A DNA stretch of 57,149 bases, taken from the NCBI GenBank assembly GCA_947595045.1, contig CANQEN010000001.1, positions 1 to 57,149 on the forward strand, given 5' to 3'. This document shows positions 29,973 through 37,300 of the stretch, in pieces. Made by a program: the position numbers and the translations under genes. The first letter of the stretch is position 1; each line of letters starts with the position of its first letter. Under the pieces are notes generated by a model. The model had not been told where the DNA came from, did no database searches, and saw nothing but the letters and a program-made list of their open reading frames with translations. Source of the stretch: an uncultured Bacilli bacterium (lineage in GTDB: Bacteria; Bacillota_I; Bacilli_A; RF39; UBA660).

Positions 29973-30839
29973 ATGTATCAAAATATTAATTTAAATTTAT
30001 TAAAATATTTTTATGAAGTTGCTAATACTAAAAATATTACTAAAGCAAGTAACAATTTATTAGTATCACAACCAGCTATTACTAAGTCTATTAAAGAGTT
30101 AGAAAAGGAGTTTAATACTAAGTTACTTGAAAGAAATAAAAAGGGAGTTATTCCAACTAAAGAGGGAGAAATATTATATAACTATATTAAGGAAATGTTT
30201 AAAGATCTTGGTTCAACTATCAACGCTATTGAGAAACATAAGGCAAATAGAAATTATCTATATATTGGGGCAACAACAACTAATTTTTTAGAGTTAATAA
30301 AAGATGCTCTAAAAGAGTTTAAAAGAAATTATCCAAACATTCATATTGATATTGTTTTAGAAGAAATGAATGTATTAGAAAGTAGAGCTAAACTAGGCAA
30401 ATTAGATATATTAATAAAAAATGATTATGAATTTATGGAAGGATTTAAAAAAATAAAATCCTTTGATATAACAGATAAATTTGTAGCCTCTAGGTCTAGT
30501 TTTAGTGAGTTACAAAATAAAAAGTTAGTATTAGATGAAATACTAGATTATCCTTTAGTATTATTAGGACCAAACACACATGGCAGAAGAAACTTTGATT
30601 CTTATTTAAAGCAGCATAAAATTAATTTTAAACCAACCTATGAATTCAATAGGCATAGTTTATGTAAAGAACTAATTAGAAATGGTTTTGGGATAGGAAT
30701 AGGAAACCCTATTCATTATACAAGTAAAGATTTTATGATACTTGATACTGATTTTGAATTACCCACTAGGACCTTTGATATTGGTTATATTAATTATTCA
30801 AAAAATGAGTTAATAAATGATTTTATTAAATTATTATAA
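29973..30839 (+). CDS. LysR family transcriptional regulator
   Basis: N-terminal wHTH LKYFYEVANTKNITKASNNLLVSQPAITKSIKELEKEFNTKLLER; 288 aa with a periplasmic-binding-protein-like C-terminal domain. Confidence 0.9.
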   Translation: MYQNINLNLLKYFYEVANTKNITKASNNLLVSQPAITKSIKELEKEFNTKLLERNKKGVIPTKEGEILYNYIKEMFKDLGSTINAIEKHKANRNYLYIGATTTNFLELIKDALKEFKRNYPNIHIDIVLEEMNVLESRAKLGKLDILIKNDYEFMEGFKKIKSFDITDKFVASRSSFSELQNKKLVLDEILDYPLVLLGPNTHGRRNFDSYLKQHKINFKPTYEFNRHSLCKELIRNGFGIGIGNPIHYTSKDFMILDTDFELPTRTFDIGYINYSKNELINDFIKLL

Positions 30840-30892
30840 AACTTGCATTTTAAATTAGAGTATAGTAAACTTGATTTGATTGAGGTGATTAT

Positions 30893-31993
30893 ATGAGTTT
30901 AACAGCTGGCATAGTAGGTCTTCCTAATGTTGGAAAATCAACCTTATTTAATGCTATTACAAATAAAAAAATATTAGCAGCTAATTATCCTTTTGCTACT
31001 ATCGATCCTAATGTTGGTGTAGTAACGGTACCTGATGAGCGATTAGTGTTTCTAAATGATTTATATAAACCAGCTAGTTTAGTTCCTACTACTTTTGAAT
31101 TTACTGATATAGCTGGATTAGTAAAAGGAGCAGCTAATGGAGAAGGATTAGGTAATCAGTTTTTATCCCATATTAGAGAAGTAGACGCTATTTGTGAAGT
31201 AGTTAGATGCTTTGATGATAAAAATATTATTCATGTTGAAAATGAAGTAGATCCTATTCGCGATATTGAAATAATTGATGTAGAACTTATATTAGCTGAT
31301 TTAGAAATTGTTGAAAATAGAATTAATAAAATAGGTAAAAAAGCAGCTATGTCTAAAGATAAAGAAATACAAAAAGAAGCTTTAGTTTTAACCAAACTAA
31401 AAAAAGCTTTAGAACAGAATATTGATATTAGAAAGTTAGAGTTAAATGATGATGAAAAAATATTAATAAAACATTATAATTTATTAACAGCTAAGCCTAT
31501 TATTTATATGGCTAATGTTAGTGAAAATGATATGATAACTGAGACTAATGCATATGTCGAACAAGTTAGGAAATATGCTAAAGAAGAAGGATCGCAAGTT
31601 ATTGTTGTATGTGCTAAAATAGAATCAGAACTAAGTGAATTAGAAGATGATGAAAAACAACAATTCTTAGAAGAGTTAGGTATTAAAAATAGTGGTTTAG
31701 ATAAATTAATAAAGGCTACTTATTCCCTACTCGGCTTAGAAACTTATTTTACAGCTGGTAGTGATGAGGTTAGAGCATGGACTTTTAAAAGAGGAATGAA
31801 AGCTCCTGCTTGTGCAGGTATTATTCATACTGACTTTGAAAAAGGCTTTATTAAGGCTGAAGTTATGGGTTATGAAGATTTAAAACACTATGGTGATGAA
31901 AAAAAAGTTAAAGAAGCAGGAAAAATGCGTCTTGAAGGGAAAGATTATTTAATGAAAGATGGAGATATCTGTTATTTCCGTTTTAATAAATAG
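30893..31993 (+). CDS. ychF: Ribosome-binding ATPase YchF
   Basis: GIVGLPNVGKSTLFNAIT, DIAGLVKGA, C-terminal TGS/YchF domain AWTFKRGMKAPACAGIIHTDFEKGFIKAEV. Confidence 0.95.
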   Translation: MSLTAGIVGLPNVGKSTLFNAITNKKILAANYPFATIDPNVGVVTVPDERLVFLNDLYKPASLVPTTFEFTDIAGLVKGAANGEGLGNQFLSHIREVDAICEVVRCFDDKNIIHVENEVDPIRDIEIIDVELILADLEIVENRINKIGKKAAMSKDKEIQKEALVLTKLKKALEQNIDIRKLELNDDEKILIKHYNLLTAKPIIYMANVSENDMITETNAYVEQVRKYAKEEGSQVIVVCAKIESELSELEDDEKQQFLEELGIKNSGLDKLIKATYSLLGLETYFTAGSDEVRAWTFKRGMKAPACAGIIHTDFEKGFIKAEVMGYEDLKHYGDEKKVKEAGKMRLEGKDYLMKDGDICYFRFNK

Positions 31994-32035
31994 AATAAAA
32001 ACAATTTAAATAGACATTCTAATACTGGTGATTAT

Positions 32036-32542
32036 ATGTTCTATCTAAATTGTTTTTTTATATACTCTATACTAGGGTGGTGCTTAGAAACAATAGTTAG
32101 TTTTATATTTAAAACTAATTTTCAAAGTGGTATTTTAAAGGGCCCATGGACACCCATATATGGGATTGGAACTCTCGTTATTCTATTTATTTCACATTAT
32201 CTTTTTTATAATTTACATATGCCAAGATGGATAGAAACTATTATTGTCTTTTTTGTAGTGGCAGTAGTTTTATCTTTTTTTGAATGTTTAGGTGGTGTTA
32301 TCATTGAAAAATTATTTGGTGTTATATTTTGGGATTATAGTAATCAGCGATTTCATATAGGACATTATATTTCTTTAGAAATGGCAGCTATATGGGGAAT
32401 ACTATCTATAGTTTTTATATATATAATTCACCCCATAATAGAAAAAATTATTTTAAAAATCCCCTACTTTATTACTATTATATTATTAGGATTATTTATA
32501 TTAGATTTAGGAATAACTGTTTTTACTAAAGTAAAGAAGTAG
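32036..32542 (+). CDS. Small polytopic membrane protein (PF06541 'putative ABC-transporter type IV'-like)
   Basis: 168 aa with 4-5 TM helices. FFIYSILGWCLETIV and GPWTPIYGIG resemble the PF06541 N-terminal signature. Confidence 0.6.
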   Translation: MFYLNCFFIYSILGWCLETIVSFIFKTNFQSGILKGPWTPIYGIGTLVILFISHYLFYNLHMPRWIETIIVFFVVAVVLSFFECLGGVIIEKLFGVIFWDYSNQRFHIGHYISLEMAAIWGILSIVFIYIIHPIIEKIILKIPYFITIILLGLFILDLGITVFTKVKK

Positions 32543-32587
32543 TATTTGTAAAAAATATATATAAGATAATTAATGCGAACTTTATAA

Positions 32588-32995
32588 TTAGCTACACCAA
32601 TTTAAATTATGATTTAATGAATCAATAAAATCATTAATCGTTTTAGCTTCTTCAATAGCAATATTATATTCATTATTATCTAAAGTTATATGGTAATTAA
32701 AAAGATGAATATTATCTGATTGATAATCTTTTATTGAATCTCTTATTTTATTTATATTATATTCATATTTTCTAGAGAAAATAATAGTATTTTTATTATA
32801 GGTAGAAATACCTTTAATAAATTTATAAGTATTATCACTGTAAGCTATAAGAATATTAGATGGACAATTCATAGATATATTAGATATTTCTAATATTTTT
32901 TCTTTCTTTTTTATAATAAAACTATTAAATAATAAATAAATTAATATGAAAGTGGCAATAATTATGATTGATATAAATACTTTCTTTTTATTCAT
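32588..32995 (-). CDS. Hypothetical membrane-anchored 135-aa protein
   Basis: AAGGAG lies 7 nt before ATG 32995. One N-terminal TM helix (VFISIIIIATFILIYLLF). The rest has no known motif. Confidence 0.55.
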   Translation of the reverse strand: MNKKKVFISIIIIATFILIYLLFNSFIIKKKEKILEISNISMNCPSNILIAYSDNTYKFIKGISTYNKNTIIFSRKYEYNINKIRDSIKDYQSDNIHLFNYHITLDNNEYNIAIEEAKTINDFIDSLNHNLNWCS

Positions 32996-33139
32996 TAAAA
33001 CACTCCTTAGATTAATTCTATAGTAGCACAAATAAATAAGGAAAGCAATATTAAAAAAATAAGGATCATACTGTAAGTTTATTATAGTTTATTAATTTTT
33101 AATTAAAAATTTGATATAATATTGTTGGAGGTAATTAAT

Positions 33140-33757
33140 GTGAATTTTAGAAAAAATCTTATACATAATTTAATAAGTATGTCTGAACAAAAGAATGGCC
33201 TTTATGGTAAAATGGAAGGGTTTATTGGACCAAGTAAAGAAAATCAGCTGCTTTGGTATAAATTTTTAACGTATACACCAAAATGGCAAAAAGAATATAT
33301 AGAACAATTAATAAAAAAACAAGTTTCTGAAATATCAAGAGAAGAGCTAGATTATATAAAAGAATTTGAATGGCAACAACATATAGTAAATCATATGAGA
33401 TATTATATAACAAGCAATTGTAGAGTGATAGACTTTAAAGAAGTGACAAAATATTTAAATGAGCATAGTTTAAATAATATAATAAAATTGAAGTTAACAG
33501 AAGAAGAATTAAATATTGCTAATGGATTAGTCAATGAATATTTAAAAACAAACAATTGGATAAATTGGGTAAGAGTAAATAAAGAAAGAATTAATGAGTT
33601 ATCCATAATTGAATCTTATGTTTGGTATAAATTAAATACATATAAAAATGAAATTGGGCTAAAAGAATTAGAAGATAAAATTAATAATGATACTATGAAC
33701 AATGAAGTTATGCTTATCAAAAGTTTAAGAAATGCAGATGAAATAAGAGCAATATAG
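33140..33757 (+). CDS. Hypothetical 205-aa soluble protein
   Basis: GGAGGT at 33127-33132 favours the GTG 33140 start over TTG 33122. Trp-rich helical sequence with no recognisable motif. Confidence 0.5.
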   Translation: MNFRKNLIHNLISMSEQKNGLYGKMEGFIGPSKENQLLWYKFLTYTPKWQKEYIEQLIKKQVSEISREELDYIKEFEWQQHIVNHMRYYITSNCRVIDFKEVTKYLNEHSLNNIIKLKLTEEELNIANGLVNEYLKTNNWINWVRVNKERINELSIIESYVWYKLNTYKNEIGLKELEDKINNDTMNNEVMLIKSLRNADEIRAI

Positions 33758-33847
33758 GTATAAAAAATTAATAAATTATTTAAGAAGTAAATTAAGAGTA
33801 TAATAAATAAACAAAAATAATTAAGGAAGCAATTTAGATGAATACAA

Positions 33848-34210
33848 TTAAAGTTTATATGCCTTAGATATAGAATATTCAATATTTTTAGAATATTTTT
33901 TTTCATTTAAAGCAGAAGAAATATCTAATTTTTGAAAAATATTTTTTAGATAATCATATCCAATATTAAAATTATCATCATTGAAATCTTTGACCATCTT
34001 TTTATCGAATGTAATAGTTACTTTAGATGAAAGTTCATTTTTAAGAATTTCAATATAAATGGGGTCATCGAATTGTTTCTTTAGATCATATAAATAACCT
34101 AATTTTTGATAAACCTTTTATTTGACTTTATTATTAATTCTATAACAATCAACTATAGATAAATAGGTTTTTCCATTTTTAAATTTAGCTTGCTTTAAGA
34201 AAAAAGACAT
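33848..34210 (-). mobile_element. IS1634/IS4-like transposase N-terminal stub with an in-frame TAA (pseudogene)
   Basis: The minus strand reads MSFFLKQAKFKNGKTYLSIVDCYRINNKVK*KVYQKLGYLYDLKKQFDDPIYIEIL..GYDYLKNIFQKLDISSAL..*. This is the K.NGK.YLSIV..YR....K.....LGYL..L pattern of IS1634-family N-termini. The stop is at 34118-34120. Only ~120 codons remain. Confidence 0.6.
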
Positions 34211-34339
34211 ATTACATAAAAATACACAACATAAAAATAGAAAAGAATTGACAAAAGAAAAGCCTTATATAATAAGGTCTAATTATAAATTATATTTTTA
34301 TTTAACTACAAACCCAGGATAGTAAAATTAAAAAATATA

Positions 34340-34348
34340 TGCTATAAT
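34340..34348 (+). promoter_or_regulatory. Extended -10 promoter element upstream of the giant ORF
   Basis: TGcTATAAT lies 28 nt upstream of ATG 34377. There is no good -35 (TAGTAA). Confidence 0.4.
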
Positions 34349-34376
34349 GATATAAAATAAAGAGCGTGATTAATTT

Positions 34377-37300
34377 ATGTTTGGTAATATTTTAGATAAT
34401 TTTAAAATTAATAAATTTTTTAAGTTAATTGATGCTAATGATTATGGTAAAAATAAAAAGGCTAGCAAATTATTTGATAAACCTAAACTTAGGGTTAAAA
34501 TAATTAATGATCTAAGAATAGTAGATAGTATAACTACTAACTTTTTTGTAGAAACTTATAGTGCTGGTGATATTAAAAGATTAGGAACAATTTTTGATGA
34601 AATTACTAATGATGATATGTTAGTGTTAATGCTTGACAAATTATTGGAATATACCAAAAATCATCAATTAAATTTAATTGATAATTTTTCAAGTATAAAA
34701 AACATTTATGTCTCTCACTGCTATAAAAATACAGAATTAGATAATGCTATTAAAAATAAATTTGCTGATTTATTATATCAAACAGGAAAAAAATCCCTTT
34801 TTCCAACTGATTATATAGAACCTTTTATTAAAAATTTAACAAGTGAAGAAAAATTAAGTATATTTGATAGTGAATCAATGATAAAGTTTGTTACCACATA
34901 TCAAGGAAAAATAGATTATCATACTTGTGAAAATTTTATAAATAATATCATTGATGAACATGACAATGAGGGAGTAAAAAAACAAATTATATTAAATTCA
35001 GTGGATATCTTTATAAATGGAAAGGCGATAAATAGCTATTTAGAATATGTTAATACATATTTAGATAAAGATGGCATTGTGAAAATATTAACAGATAAGA
35101 GAATAATAAACAATATAGATATGAATAAAGATTATTATTTAGCTAAGAATTTAATTACTTTACTTAATAAAGTTGATGATACAAATATTATGTCTCAAGA
35201 TAATGATAAAACTCAAAGTATAGTTACTAAAAATCAGTTAATTGATGTATATTTTAAAAATTATAAATACCCTCATATTATCATAAACTATATAAAAGAA
35301 ATAAATGAGAAAGAAAAAGAACAGATTAGTGATAACACCTTTACAGCATTACTAAATTCTGTAGATTATGCAAAAAAGAATGAAGATATTATAAAAAATT
35401 ATTATGGTAGTAATGCACGATTTGTTTTTAATGCATTAGACCAATATGATGATAAAAATGCAAAACTATTAGAAATTAAAGCTAATATCAGTATTGAAGA
35501 AGTAATGGAATATGCTGTTCAAAATAATATCGATATACGTACGGTTTTAACGTATGCTAAGCAGCATAATATGGATTTATTTCAAGACCATATTGCACAA
35601 AAGTATAGTTCTGATGATAGTTATTTTAGAGAATTACCATATACTAAGGCAGATTTAATTAAATATTATAGGGGAAATGATAGTTATATATTTTTTGATA
35701 AATTAAGATTATGCAATGATAAAGAGAAAGTATTATTAGAATCTAATAATTATATAGATTTTAGTTTATTTCCATATTATGGTAATATTAGTTTAGATTT
35801 ATTCAAAGATTCATTTGCCAAGAAGTTTTGTAATAATGATAGTTATTTTAAAATATTACCAAATGAAAAGTTTTATTTAATAGATTATTATGCAGGAAAA
35901 GATGCTTTAATAGTGTTAAAATACTTAAAAGGCCATAGAAATATTAATGATATTAAAGCTTTTTGCCAAAGCAGAGGAATAGAATTGTTTGAAGAACAAG
36001 TTGCTAAGAAATATAGTAATTATTATGATTATTTTAGAATGCTACCAAAAGATAAAGAATATTTAAAAAAATATTGCGATAATTATGATAATGTATTATT
36101 TTTAGATAAATTATTACAAGCTGATGACAAAGAAAACTTTTTATTGCAATCTAATTTTTTTAATATTAATGCTTTGTTTGAATTTTGTGCTGATAATCAT
36201 TTAGCATTAGATTTATTTCAAGAAAAGTTTGCAATCAAATTTAGACAAAACGAAGATTATTTTAAAAGATTACCAAAAGAAAATGCTTCATTAATACAGT
36301 TTTATGCTGGCTTTGATGAAAATTTATTTTTGCAAAATTTAGTACTAGTTTCTAATAAAGAAGATATATTATTAAATTCAAATATTCATTTAATATATAT
36401 GAATAAATTAAGTAATTTCTGCCAAAATAATGGTATTGATTTATTTCAAAAAAAATTTGCAATGAAATTCAGTCATCTAGATAGTTACTTTGAATTATTG
36501 CCAGATGATAAATTTTTCTTAATAGATTACTATACAGGAAAAGATGTACTAATTGTTCTTAGATATTTAAAAGGTCATAGGAGTATTGATGAAATAATAA
36601 CTTTTTGCCAAAGCAGGGGAATAGAATTATTCTGTGATTTCGTTGCTGAAAAATTTAGTGATTATGATGAATATTTTAGAATGTTACCAGAAGATAGCGC
36701 TGATCTAATAAGATATTATAAGGGTACTAAAGAAGACATATTTGTAGATAAATTAGATTTATGCCATAATAAAAAATCTGTATTGCTATATTCTAATATT
36801 AATGTTAATAAATTCATTTATTTTTGTAATCATTACCATATAGATCCATTTGATTGGAATTCTGCTAAGCGTTATAGGTTTGATGATAGTTATTTTAGAG
36901 AATTACCACCATCTAAAGCAGATTTAATTAAATATTATGCTGGTCGGAATATACAATTATTTTCTAATAAATTAATGTCATGTAATAATAAAATTAATTT
37001 ATTATTTAATTCTAAAATTGGAACTGATATGAAAGAAATAGAAGAAATATATAATTATGCAAAAGAATATATGACCCCTTTAGAATTAAAAATATTAGAA
37101 AATTATATTCAAATAAATGATTATAATTTAAAGAATATATTTAAAGATTATATACTCAATAATATGGAATCAGTTACATTTGATACAATAGATAATGTTG
37201 CTGAAATATTAAAGAGATTGTCAACTTCTAATGCTAGTGAAATGTTAAACTTTAGAAGTGAAATAGCTACGCAATTGTTAAAATCAGCAAATCCAATTAA

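Noticed and set aside
33222-33906. Three minus-strand ORFs (63, 67 and 96 aa) across 33222-33906.
   Set aside because: Their translations are low-complexity Leu/Ile/Phe and antisense to the 33140-33757 gene. The last one is an out-of-frame overlap with the transposase stub.
34249-34274. TTGACA ... TATAAT as an outward promoter from the IS stub toward the giant ORF.
   Set aside because: The spacer is only 14 nt, too short for a SigA promoter. The extended -10 at 34340-34348 is the better candidate.
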